Assembly: GCA_030668875.1 (NCBI GenBank)
Contig: DAOVER010000010.1
Coordinates: 1 to 24,000 of the forward strand
Reading direction: 5' to 3'
Origin: Candidatus Heimdallarchaeota archaeon
GTDB taxonomy: Archaea; Asgardarchaeota; Heimdallarchaeia; Heimdallarchaeales; Heimdallarchaeaceae
DNA: 24,000 bases
Part shown: positions 1 through 8,162 of the stretch, in pieces
Layout: every line of letters begins with the position of its first letter
How positions within the stretch are numbered: position 1 is the first letter of the stretch
The notes under the pieces: model-generated
Database searches by the model: none
What the model saw: only the letters and a program-made list of their open reading frames with translations
What the model was told of the DNA's origin: nothing
Position numbers and translations under genes: made by a program

Positions 1-27
1 TGTTAACTCAACTAAGATCGGTTACAC
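1..27. repeat. IS terminal inverted repeat (left as drawn)
   Basis: TGTTAACTC core is identical to the reverse complement of 996-1004. Confidence 0.7.
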
Positions 28-940
28 TTTTGGGCAGGATATCTTTGGGAGATTGGTTCATAAATCTTTCACCTGGAGTTTGGAGGTTGATTCCTTGATG
101 AGGGCGGAAGAAGTTGTAATAGTCCTTATAGCGCCGGAGGTCAGCGTTACAATAAGCTAATCCCAGTCGCTTCAGCTCTCTGACAGTCGTCCCATGCTGA
201 CGCTCGACCTTCCCACAAGTCTCAGGGTGGAAGACACGGCTGCGGATATGTTTAATCCCTTCCTGAGCGAGCACACGGGTGAAGGTACTTGTCCCTCCCC
301 GCATAGAGTGGAACTGTGCGCCATTATCGGTTAGTACTTGCTGAGGACGGCCAAAGCTTTGGAAGCAGTGGTGTAACCTTGTCAAGATCTCTTGTTGACT
401 GATAGGGTGGGTGTAGAGTCTACTCTCCAGCAGGAAGCGGGAGTGGTCATCTATAACCGTCAAGAGGTAAAGGTGTTGTCCTTGCTCTTCCACCCAGAAG
501 GGACCTTTGATATCCAGTTGCCAGAGGTCATTAGGATGAGGTCGTTCGAATCTCTTTCTCGCCTTCTTCTCGTACGGGTTCTTTCTCCAAGGCTGTTCTC
601 CTTCTTGTTGGAGAGTCTTCCCGATGGTGGTGTGGGAGAGCACTAACCCTTTCCTCTTGAACCATTGCTCAGTCTGCATGATGTTCAAGCCATAGGCTCT
701 CCTGAGCTTGATAATCTTCTCCCTTATCTGGGGAGTGACCTTCCTCCTTATTCTCCTTGGTCGTCGAGAGCGTTCTTCCCACCATTCTCCTTCAGAATTT
801 TCACTATGCCGTCTAATCCACTTGTAGACGAATTTCCTTGATACCATGTGTTGTCTTGCTATGTGGGTGATTGGTATTCTTTTCAAAGCCTTTTTAACTA
901 CGCGTTTCCTTATAAGCATCGGGTTACTGTTTGGGTTCAT
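8..940 (-). CDS. DDE transposase (integrase core / rve domain, IS481-like) with an N-terminal HTH
   Basis: Catalytic-core motifs are WQLDIKGPF, VIDDHSRF, LTDNGAQF and HPETCGKVERQH. The N-terminus is basic and HTH-like (KFVYKWIRR). The ORF occupies almost the whole TIR-bounded element. Confidence 0.9.
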   Translation of the reverse strand: MNPNSNPMLIRKRVVKKALKRIPITHIARQHMVSRKFVYKWIRRHSENSEGEWWEERSRRPRRIRRKVTPQIREKIIKLRRAYGLNIMQTEQWFKRKGLVLSHTTIGKTLQQEGEQPWRKNPYEKKARKRFERPHPNDLWQLDIKGPFWVEEQGQHLYLLTVIDDHSRFLLESRLYTHPISQQEILTRLHHCFQSFGRPQQVLTDNGAQFHSMRGGTSTFTRVLAQEGIKHIRSRVFHPETCGKVERQHGTTVRELKRLGLAYCNADLRRYKDYYNFFRPHQGINLQTPGERFMNQSPKDILPKSVTDLS

Positions 941-977
941 GTTTGGTCACATGCCCACGGTAACCCCTCTTATTTAA

Positions 978-1004
978 TTGTTACCAATGTGGGTGGAGTT
1001 AACA
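978..1004. repeat. IS terminal inverted repeat (right as drawn)
   Basis: Reverse complement is TGTTAACTCCACCCACATTGGTAACAA, matching positions 1-27 at about 19/27. Confidence 0.7.
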
Positions 1005-1036
1005 AACAAAATTTCAAGTAAAAAGATTTAATGTAG

Positions 1037-1681
1037 TCAGTTTTCTTCTCTATAATTGTGCTTGATTATGTCTTGAACTATCTTTGAAGTTGACTTTCCA
1101 AATACGTGCTCTTTGAGTCTTATAATCTTGACATGGGAGAATCCTCGTTCATTCAATTTTTTGTAAAGATCTTTTTCATCGTGTTTTTGATCAAAGCCCA
1201 AAGCAATGACGTCGGGTTGGATAGATTCTACTGTTTCAAAGAAATCTGTTTCGCTGCCTTCTATTGCTACATCCACCTCTCTTAAGTGACGAACTAATTC
1301 AACCCTATCTTTTTGAGAATTAGTTGGAAGGTGTTTTTTTAACTTTTGTACTGTTTTATCAGTTGCAATAACAATTACTAACACATCCCCTAGCATTCGA
1401 GCCTGTTCCAAAGTAAAAATATGACCAGTATGTATAATATCAAAAGTTCCACCAGTCATTATAACAGTAATTTTCTTCCTTCCCAATTCAGTCAAATGGA
1501 AGTGATGATTATTACTTTCAATTACAGTACCATTATCTACCATATTTAGTAGATATGCCTTAATGTTATCTTGCGAGAGCTCTACCTGCCTAGAGAGAGT
1601 TGGAATTGTTGAAAAAATTTTATGCAAATTGTTAGAATATATTTTCTTTAGTAGAATGTAATTTAATGACTCAACCATCAT
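1037..1681 (-). CDS. ribL: FAD synthase / FMN adenylyltransferase (archaeal RibL, cytidylyltransferase fold) with an extra ~70-aa N-terminal winged-helix-like segment
   Basis: Nucleotidyltransferase signature ITVIMTGGTFDIIHTGH. The remainder resembles archaeal RibL. The start ATG overlaps the upstream stop (ATGA at 1678-1681). Confidence 0.75.
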   Translation of the reverse strand: MMVESLNYILLKKIYSNNLHKIFSTIPTLSRQVELSQDNIKAYLLNMVDNGTVIESNNHHFHLTELGRKKITVIMTGGTFDIIHTGHIFTLEQARMLGDVLVIVIATDKTVQKLKKHLPTNSQKDRVELVRHLREVDVAIEGSETDFFETVESIQPDVIALGFDQKHDEKDLYKKLNERGFSHVKIIRLKEHVFGKSTSKIVQDIIKHNYREEN

Positions 1682-2397
1682 TTATCATACTCACTAGTTT
1701 GATTCAGCAAATAATTGATTGTAAGTTCTGAACCATCTTCTAAATTTAAAGCCTCTCTAAGGTTTACATCACTAATCAATTCAAGAACATTACTCCCATA
1801 ATGTGAACGTCTTGGGACAATAGCTGCTACCCTAGCTGTTAAACTTGGAATTTTTACTTCATAACACAGGACGTCACCATATTGCCTACCACCTTCCTCA
1901 AAACCAGGAATAATGACAGGCCAAGAACCTCGAATCAAATCTAATCTGTCAACATCAACCGGTGGAATTCTAAGGTTTAAAGTACCATGAAAAGGTTTGA
2001 ATCCAAGCTTTTTTACAAATGAATCCATATAAGAGGAACGAGAGATGTAGTATTTGCCTTCTCCGAGCCCTGAAAAAACAGATCCATGGATAGTGATAAT
2101 GTTTAGGTCAGGATAAAGAGCTCTCTCAAGTTCAAAACGTAGTTGGTGCAAGATATCTAAACCTAATGGGTTGAGTTGAACAAAAGAACCTTTACGGGTA
2201 GAACGCCAAGAAACAAGTCCTAATTCTTTACTTAATCTAATCAAGCATCGAGAGGCGGTCTGTTGGGAGGTTTTGAAGAAGTCTGCGATCTGAGAAGTAG
2301 TGATGCTAATTTCCTTCTCATTTGCACGAAGCTGAGCAAAATAGATAAGGAGATTGAGTTCTCGACTGGAAAGGTCAAAGATTTTCATTAGCATCAC
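1678..2397 (-). CDS. ribK: CTP-dependent riboflavin kinase fused to an N-terminal wHTH (RbkR-type bifunctional regulator/kinase)
   Basis: The C-terminal half carries archaeal riboflavin kinase motifs (GSVFSGLGEGKYY, LGFKPFHGTLNLRI, PRRSHYG). The N-terminal ~90 aa look like an HTH (TSQIADFFKTSQQTASRCLIRLSKELGLV). The start is ambiguous among GTG 2397, ATG 2394 and ATG 2388. Confidence 0.8.
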   Translation of the reverse strand: MMLMKIFDLSSRELNLLIYFAQLRANEKEISITTSQIADFFKTSQQTASRCLIRLSKELGLVSWRSTRKGSFVQLNPLGLDILHQLRFELERALYPDLNIITIHGSVFSGLGEGKYYISRSSYMDSFVKKLGFKPFHGTLNLRIPPVDVDRLDLIRGSWPVIIPGFEEGGRQYGDVLCYEVKIPSLTARVAAIVPRRSHYGSNVLELISDVNLREALNLEDGSELTINYLLNQTSEYDK

Positions 2398-2498
2398 GTA
2401 AATGGGTAACGATAATCACAAATGACAACTAATACTTAAGCATTTCAATTTAAGCAAAAAAAGTATAGTAATATATACGTGTAATGTAAAAATAGCTT

Positions 2499-3071
2499 AT
2501 GAGTGATGAAATTACAATAGTTGAAGAGTGGACTAGAGTAAAAGTACCAAATCCGCCAGTTTTACAAGAAGTAAAAATCAATCCCAAAGAAACAGCTCTG
2601 CTTGTATTAGACGTGCAAAAATCAAATTGTAGTAAGGAAAGAAGACCAAGATGCGTAAAGACATTGTACAAAATCCAAACAATTTTGGAAAAAGCAAGAG
2701 AAAGAGAGATGACAGTGATTTTTACCCTAACCAGCGCAGCAAGCAAAGCGGATATGAGGAGAGAGATCTTACCTAAGAAAGGAGAACAAATAATCAAAGC
2801 AGGTGTTGACAAATTCTTCAATACAGAGTTAGAGAAGTTGCTAAAGGAGAAAAAGACCAAGGCTGTAATAATTGTGGGGACATCAGCAAGCGGAGCAGTA
2901 CTTAGCACGGCTATTGGATCAGCTGTAAGAAAATTAGTAACAGTGATTCCCATAGATGCGATATCAGCGACGTATCCATATGAAGAACAATATTCAGTGT
3001 GGCATTTAGCAAACTCTCCAGGAACAAGAAGAAGCACTATACTAACAAAAATAAATATGATAACAATCTAA
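2499..3071 (+). CDS. Isochorismatase-family (cysteine-hydrolase fold) protein
   Basis: Family pattern ALLVLDVQ ... KAGVDKFFNTELEKLLKEKK ... AVIIVGTSASGAVLSTA ... VIPIDAISA. The position of the usual nucleophilic Cys reads Ala (SGAV). Confidence 0.7.
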   Translation: MSDEITIVEEWTRVKVPNPPVLQEVKINPKETALLVLDVQKSNCSKERRPRCVKTLYKIQTILEKAREREMTVIFTLTSAASKADMRREILPKKGEQIIKAGVDKFFNTELEKLLKEKKTKAVIIVGTSASGAVLSTAIGSAVRKLVTVIPIDAISATYPYEEQYSVWHLANSPGTRRSTILTKINMITI

Positions 3072-3150
3072 TTAAAAAATAGATTAAAAACGAAACTTTT
3101 ATTAAAAGAGCTTAATGAGAGAACATCGTGAGTAAGATATTCTAACTCAT

Positions 3151-3261
3151 GGGCTAGTGGCTCAGCTAGGTAGAGCAGCAGGCTTTTAATACAGCTAGAA
3201 GCGTTCTAGAGCTGTAATTGACACCTGACGGTCCCCGGTTCAAATCCGGGCTAGCTCGCCA
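3151..3261 (+). tRNA. tRNA-Lys (anticodon UUU) with a ~34-nt intron 3' of position 37 and an encoded CCA
   Basis: Hand fold:
- acceptor GGGCTAG / CTAGCTC, with G2-U71
- D arm GCTC-AGCTAGGTA-GAGC
- anticodon arm GCAGG-CTTTTAA-CCTGA, with a G27-A43 mismatch
- T arm CCCGG-TTCAAAT-CCGGG
- discriminator G followed by CCA

The intron (about 3189-3222) contains a 10-bp hairpin, ACAGCTAGAA-GCG-TTCT(AG)AGCTGT. Confidence 0.8.
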
Positions 3262-3287
3262 ATCATATACTTTTACAAAATTTTATA

Positions 3288-4070
3288 ATGGTTGTTTTTG
3301 TATTTTTCTCAATGAAGAAAACCTTCCTTAATCATGCTACTCTTTCATCTTATATTAATAGAGTTTCAATCTCTGGTGGAGATTATAGTTCCTTTCCAAA
3401 GGTAGTTCAGAAGTATTTTGAGCATATTTTTCCTGAAACATTTGAACAGATTTTCTTTGCTAAACTTGCTCATTCTGGTGAATTCAGAACTGGAGCTTCT
3501 CAACCTTGGTTTCCTATCAAAGGTTTGTATTATTACTTAGGTGATATCCCAGCTTTTTACTGGGAAGGAAAAATTAAACCTTTGCCGTTCCTTTCCATTA
3601 AAGCTAGAGATTTTTATTATAAGGGAATAGGTGAAGTTCGTATTAGATTAAATTCCATTATTCCTATGGGTACAAGCAGAGGACCTGAATGTAACTCAGC
3701 TTCTCTACTCCGTTATCTTTCTGAGATGCCTTTGATACCTACAGCTTTTCTTACTTTACAAAACATCACTTGGCACGAGATAGATTCTTCTTCTGTTCAA
3801 ATCACTATTCGAGATAAAGGTCTTGAAGAGAAAGGTATTTTCACTTTTAACGACAAAGGAGAAATAATCAAATTTGAAGCTGAACAAAGAGCGCGAGGTG
3901 TCAAAAAAGGTTTTTCAATGGATAGGTGGAGTGGGTATTTTAGCAACTATAAGGAATACAATGGGTTCAAAGTTCCAACTGAATTCATTGCTGAATGGAA
4001 TCTTCCTAAAGGCAATCTTGAATATGCTAAATTCAAGGTTGATACTCTTGAGTACAACAAATTATCATAA
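3288..4070 (+). CDS. Conserved hypothetical protein. From memory it resembles the uncharacterised DUF6544-like family; this is unverified.
   Basis: 260-aa ORF with host-like composition. Motifs: HSGEFRTG..WFPIKG, PAFYWEGKI, RYLSEMPLIPTAFL, and a C-terminal GFKVPTEF..W. An alternative start is M9 at 3312. Confidence 0.55.
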   Translation: MVVFVFFSMKKTFLNHATLSSYINRVSISGGDYSSFPKVVQKYFEHIFPETFEQIFFAKLAHSGEFRTGASQPWFPIKGLYYYLGDIPAFYWEGKIKPLPFLSIKARDFYYKGIGEVRIRLNSIIPMGTSRGPECNSASLLRYLSEMPLIPTAFLTLQNITWHEIDSSSVQITIRDKGLEEKGIFTFNDKGEIIKFEAEQRARGVKKGFSMDRWSGYFSNYKEYNGFKVPTEFIAEWNLPKGNLEYAKFKVDTLEYNKLS

Positions 4071-4148
4071 CTAGTCTTCTTTACATTACTCTTCGAACCT
4101 TTTCTCTATTATAACGGATTATTTTTATTCCCCTTCTCTTTCCCTACT

Positions 4149-6077
4149 TTGAATAAGTGGTTTGACGTTCAGATGAGATTCTTTCAGCCGATTAGACAAA
4201 TTGGATATGCACGAACGCTAGCTGAAACAAGGACTCATATTCCGCTATCACCGGGCATGATAGCAATTAATCAGCCAGAGATAACTGAAGGTTATGCTGC
4301 TGTTTTTGATGTGTCTTTTCCACCTAAATTTGATGATGTGAAAAAAACAGAATATAACTTAAATTGGATACTTCCAGAAGACAAAATGGATAAGTATCAT
4401 TCAACCAAATTTCAACTGACAGAACAACCCTTCTACCCTCCCTTTGCAGATGAGAGTTTTATTGTCAATGACTTTGAGAATTATTTGGATGAGTTCCTAT
4501 CTTCTTCAAAGTTGGAAACAGCAATATTCACTTTGCCTATTTCTCAAATTAATAACCCCCGCATTAAGGGAATCATGGAGACTGAGTGTTCGTTATACAT
4601 TCTATCTGGATTAACCTCATTATTTAGCAATCAACGACGTATAACAGAAACACTGGTGCAATTGAGAGAAATGTTATCTCCAGATATCGCACTATACGCT
4701 CCTGGTCCCATATCACCTTCACTTTATTCATTCCTAGTCTATATGGGCATAGATTTCTTCGATAATTCTATTGCATATTATGTATCAAAAAATGGTTATT
4801 TTCTTACAGAAAATCAAGTTTACAGACAATCTATTCATCCAAAATGTTATTGTCCTCATTGTAATGCTCTAGAACCCAGTCTGTTCAAACACAATGAGAT
4901 GGTGATTAAGAATACACTTTCTCAAATAAGATATTCAATTAAAAGAGGTATTTTTCGATCACAAGTCGAGAGAGAGGTTCATAATAATGTGAGTTTTGCA
5001 GCAGCTCTCAAAAGAGTCGATACCCATTTCAACAAAAATCTTCGAATAAGAACCCCATTGATATCATCTTCTCCCGTCAGATGTATAGGGGAAGAATCAT
5101 TTGACCGACCTTTAATAACAGAATTTAGAGAAAGAGTGCGAGAGAGGTATAAACCAGATCCCAGATCGAATTTGGTTATACTATTGCCTTGTTCAGCAAG
5201 GAAACCTTATTCTTTTTCTAGAACTCACAAATTTTTCCATAAGGCCATGAGACAAGCAGGAAAGGGTGTATTCAATTCCCTAACTGAATTAATCATAACA
5301 TCTCCATTATCTGTAGTTCCACGCGAACTAGAAGATATTTATCCAGTAAAATATTATGATATTCCTGTTTCAGGAGGGTGGTCTGAAAAGGAAATTGAAG
5401 TTACAGCTGAACTTCTAAATGATGTTCTATCACATTTTCCAAAGGACACCGTAATCGTAAATCACACTCACGGAGGAGGGTACGAGGACATCGTGGAAAA
5501 AATCAGAACAGTTTCATCTTTTTATATTATGGATACAGCAAAAGATGCAAGTCCAACAAGTGAAAAATCTCTCCAACAATTAACTGACACTTTAATAGAA
5601 ATCCAACAAGCAAAAGAAGCAGACGAACAAAAAGGAATCTCAAGCAAAATAAGAAAAATACAATCTGTTGCAGATTTTGAGTATGGGCTAGGATCGGGAA
5701 AAATTTTATTCCCATATTCAGTAAAAATTAAGGGAAAATATCCACGCGACCAACAAATCTACAAGGATAAAGAACACATAGCAACTTATGTTACAAAGAG
5801 TGGGTATTTATCTCTCTTTCCTAAATATGCTAATTTGATTTTAGACAAAACTGAAAATACACTTGAATTTGGAGCAGAACGAGTTTCCGGGAGTAATATC
5901 TACGCCCCAGGTGTTGTTCATGCAAACAAACGAATTCTACCAAACGATGAAATTTTCATAATTCATGAAAATCAAATAATAGCCACAGCAACTGCTCTTG
6001 TTTCTGGAAGCGATATGAACAAAATGACTTCAGGGATTGTTGCAGAAGTTAAGAAGAAAGTGAGGAGTAAAAAATGA
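4149..6077 (+). CDS. arcS: Archaeosine synthase ArcS (tRNA preQ0-lysine transferase), with TGT-like, DUF5591 and PUA domains
   Basis: ArcS signature PCx3KPYx2Sx2H is present as LLPCSARKPYSFSRTHKF. A TGT-type Zn motif CxCxxC is present (CYCPHC). The C-terminal PUA-like tail reads NIYAPGVV...IFIIHENQIIATATALVSG. The gene is coupled to the downstream radical-SAM gene. The ORF-track start is TTG 4149; ATG 4173 is an alternative. Confidence 0.85.
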   Translation: MNKWFDVQMRFFQPIRQIGYARTLAETRTHIPLSPGMIAINQPEITEGYAAVFDVSFPPKFDDVKKTEYNLNWILPEDKMDKYHSTKFQLTEQPFYPPFADESFIVNDFENYLDEFLSSSKLETAIFTLPISQINNPRIKGIMETECSLYILSGLTSLFSNQRRITETLVQLREMLSPDIALYAPGPISPSLYSFLVYMGIDFFDNSIAYYVSKNGYFLTENQVYRQSIHPKCYCPHCNALEPSLFKHNEMVIKNTLSQIRYSIKRGIFRSQVEREVHNNVSFAAALKRVDTHFNKNLRIRTPLISSSPVRCIGEESFDRPLITEFRERVRERYKPDPRSNLVILLPCSARKPYSFSRTHKFFHKAMRQAGKGVFNSLTELIITSPLSVVPRELEDIYPVKYYDIPVSGGWSEKEIEVTAELLNDVLSHFPKDTVIVNHTHGGGYEDIVEKIRTVSSFYIMDTAKDASPTSEKSLQQLTDTLIEIQQAKEADEQKGISSKIRKIQSVADFEYGLGSGKILFPYSVKIKGKYPRDQQIYKDKEHIATYVTKSGYLSLFPKYANLILDKTENTLEFGAERVSGSNIYAPGVVHANKRILPNDEIFIIHENQIIATATALVSGSDMNKMTSGIVAEVKKKVRSKK

Positions 6078-7147
6078 AAATTAACAAAAACTTTGCTGAG
6101 AGAATCAAGCAAATTAGAGAAGCAGAACTTCCCTCAAGAGCTAATTCACGAAAAGTAGTTTTCTGGGAAGAAGATACTCGTCTTCTATCGGGGCAAGGAA
6201 AAGCTTTAGTTTTCATACTCCCAACAAGAGGATGCTCATGGGCACTATCAGGAAGTGGTGGTTGTTCGATTTGTGGGTATATTTATGATAATCCTCAACA
6301 ACCTGATTTTGAGATTATTCTATCATCATTTCAAAAGATTTTGAGGAACAAACTAAATAAAGAATTCACATATTCGGTGAAGATTTTTACAAGTGGAAGT
6401 TTTCTTGATACAAAAGAAGTTCCAGAAGAGTTTCAACTTAAAATGCTTGAAGAGCTATCTCAGTATGAAGTAATTAAAGAGGTGGTGATTGAATCTAGAC
6501 CTGAATACATTAAAGATTCATCACTCAAAAACATATCAAAGAAAATTGATATGTCCATACTAGAAATAGCAATTGGATTGGAAAGCTCAAACAATTCTAT
6601 CCTTATGAATTCTATAAACAAAGGTTTCTTCTGGGAGGATTTTGAAAAAGCAGCCAATACAATAAAAGAAAATGGTGCGCGCGTCAAGGCATATTTATTA
6701 TTTAAACCTCCTTTCGTTTCTGAATATGATTCAATTCGAGATATCCTGTTAAGCGCAACAAAGATAGTTTCCTTAGGTATTGATACTATATCGATTAATG
6801 CTATAAGCATTCATCGCGGAACATTTCTTTCACAACTCTTCGAAAAGAACGAATACAGAACACCTTGGTTATGGTCTCTTCTTCACTTAAGTAGAGAGAT
6901 TAAGGAAAAATATCCAGATCTAAGATTAATTTGTGATATTGTTGCAGGTGGCAATGTAAGAGGAGCTCACAATTGTGGTGACTGTGATCAGGATGTTATC
7001 AATGCGATAAAAGAGTTTACGATGTCACAAGATATAGGAGTATTAAACAAAGAGATTAGTTGTTCATGTAAAACTGAATGGAAAAGCAACCTCATACATG
7101 AGAAAATCAGCATTTCTGAACCAGTAATTCAAAGAAATGTTCTATGA
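6074..7147 (+). CDS. Radical SAM enzyme for archaeosine formation (RaSEA-like, ArcS partner)
   Basis: 4-nt ATGA overlap with arcS. Cys cluster RGCSWALSGSGGCSICGY. The radical-SAM TIM-barrel pattern follows (IFTSGSFLD, VIESRPEY, IAIGLESSN). Confidence 0.75.
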   Translation: MKINKNFAERIKQIREAELPSRANSRKVVFWEEDTRLLSGQGKALVFILPTRGCSWALSGSGGCSICGYIYDNPQQPDFEIILSSFQKILRNKLNKEFTYSVKIFTSGSFLDTKEVPEEFQLKMLEELSQYEVIKEVVIESRPEYIKDSSLKNISKKIDMSILEIAIGLESSNNSILMNSINKGFFWEDFEKAANTIKENGARVKAYLLFKPPFVSEYDSIRDILLSATKIVSLGIDTISINAISIHRGTFLSQLFEKNEYRTPWLWSLLHLSREIKEKYPDLRLICDIVAGGNVRGAHNCGDCDQDVINAIKEFTMSQDIGVLNKEISCSCKTEWKSNLIHEKISISEPVIQRNVL

Positions 7148-7157
7148 AAACTGAAGA

Positions 7158-8162
7158 TTAATCTTTTGATGTTTTGTAGTCTATAACGACATCCTTGATT
7201 CTCTTTGCAACTCTCTCAAAAACTGGACTCATTAATACAGCATCTACATTCCTTTTGGCTATAGCGTAGAAGAAGTTGCTTTCATTGAGTAGAACAAATA
7301 CTATCTGATATGATTCCGTTACATCTATAGATTTCTCTAAACTCTCATCATTCAACATCTCCAATATATCAGAGAGAAATTTTTCACAAATCTTTAGAGT
7401 TTTATTTACAAAGCCCTCATCTAGTTTCCCATTCTGATAGAAAAGCGCAGTGTTTTTACCATCATGCTCAACAAAAACAAGGTGTTCAATCCCACTGATG
7501 GAATTTAAGATATTGAATGTTACAGCGTTCAATTTTTGCACTTTAGAAGATTCACTTTCCTCTTTAGTTTTCTTTTTTCCTTTTGAAGCTATTTTCTTAG
7601 TAGCTTCTTGCTCATCTATTTTCTCTCCTATAATTTGCGGCAGAAAAGCAATCTCATCATAGTTGATAGAACTATCTACTAACTCAATTTCTAATGAAAC
7701 AGCTTCTTTTTCCTGTTCTTTGCGCTTTTGGAAAGAAACCACATCACCAAATATTTCCTCTACGGTTTGATTAAAAACAGCTGATGCACCTGAAAAAACG
7801 CTTTGAGGATCCCCACTATAAAATTTTGTTTTAGACTTCTCCACGAATACTTCTGATAGCTGTTCAATTAATGTTTCAGCAATCAATTTATCAGGCAAAT
7901 TATGATTCAAAACATAAGTAATATCTTGAATTTTAATAAAAGATATTTTAGACTTTGTGAGTTCTATTGTTCCTTTATTAGAAATTTGAGTATCCTCCGC
8001 AAATGTGCAAAAAGCTTTGAGAACATTTGATAAAATCTGTTGAGGACAATTGTCGGGGTTAAACACATTCTCCTTTAATATCTTACCTTCTTTATCTCCT
8101 AAAAAGAATCCAAAGATTAGGTTAGAATATTCTGAAAGAGTTTGAGTTATATTTCCTGTCAC
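7158..8162 (-). CDS. Hypothetical two-domain protein. The N- and C-terminal alpha/beta modules have a tentative longin/roadblock-like pattern and are joined by a K/E/S-rich linker.
   Basis: 334-aa ORF with a GTG start preceded by AGGAGA at 6-nt spacing. Both ends show a hydrophobic strand followed by a D-x-x-G-K turn (IFGFFLGDKEGKIL and HLVFVEHDGKNTALF). The functional assignment is inference only. Confidence 0.6.
   Translation of the reverse strand: MTGNITQTLSEYSNLIFGFFLGDKEGKILKENVFNPDNCPQQILSNVLKAFCTFAEDTQISNKGTIELTKSKISFIKIQDITYVLNHNLPDKLIAETLIEQLSEVFVEKSKTKFYSGDPQSVFSGASAVFNQTVEEIFGDVVSFQKRKEQEKEAVSLEIELVDSSINYDEIAFLPQIIGEKIDEQEATKKIASKGKKKTKEESESSKVQKLNAVTFNILNSISGIEHLVFVEHDGKNTALFYQNGKLDEGFVNKTLKICEKFLSDILEMLNDESLEKSIDVTESYQIVFVLLNESNFFYAIAKRNVDAVLMSPVFERVAKRIKDVVIDYKTSKD

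Larger units (their letters stand above)
1..1004 (-). mobile_element. IS481-family (rve/DDE superfamily) insertion sequence with one transposase ORF and imperfect terminal inverted repeats. The left end coincides with base 1 of the window.
   Basis: A single 310-aa ORF fills the element. The ends are TGTTAACTCAACTAAGATCGGTTACAC (1-27) and the reverse complement of 978-1004, TGTTAACTCCACCCACATTGGTAACAA. The first 9 nt are identical and about 19/27 match overall. G+C is visibly higher (roughly 45-50% by sampling) than in the rest of the window. Confidence 0.8.

Noticed and set aside
2450-3037. 195-aa minus-strand ORF
   Set aside because: It is fully antisense to the isochorismatase-family CDS (2499-3071), which has clear family motifs. 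Its own translation is hydrophobic and low in complexity with no motifs, so it is a shadow ORF.
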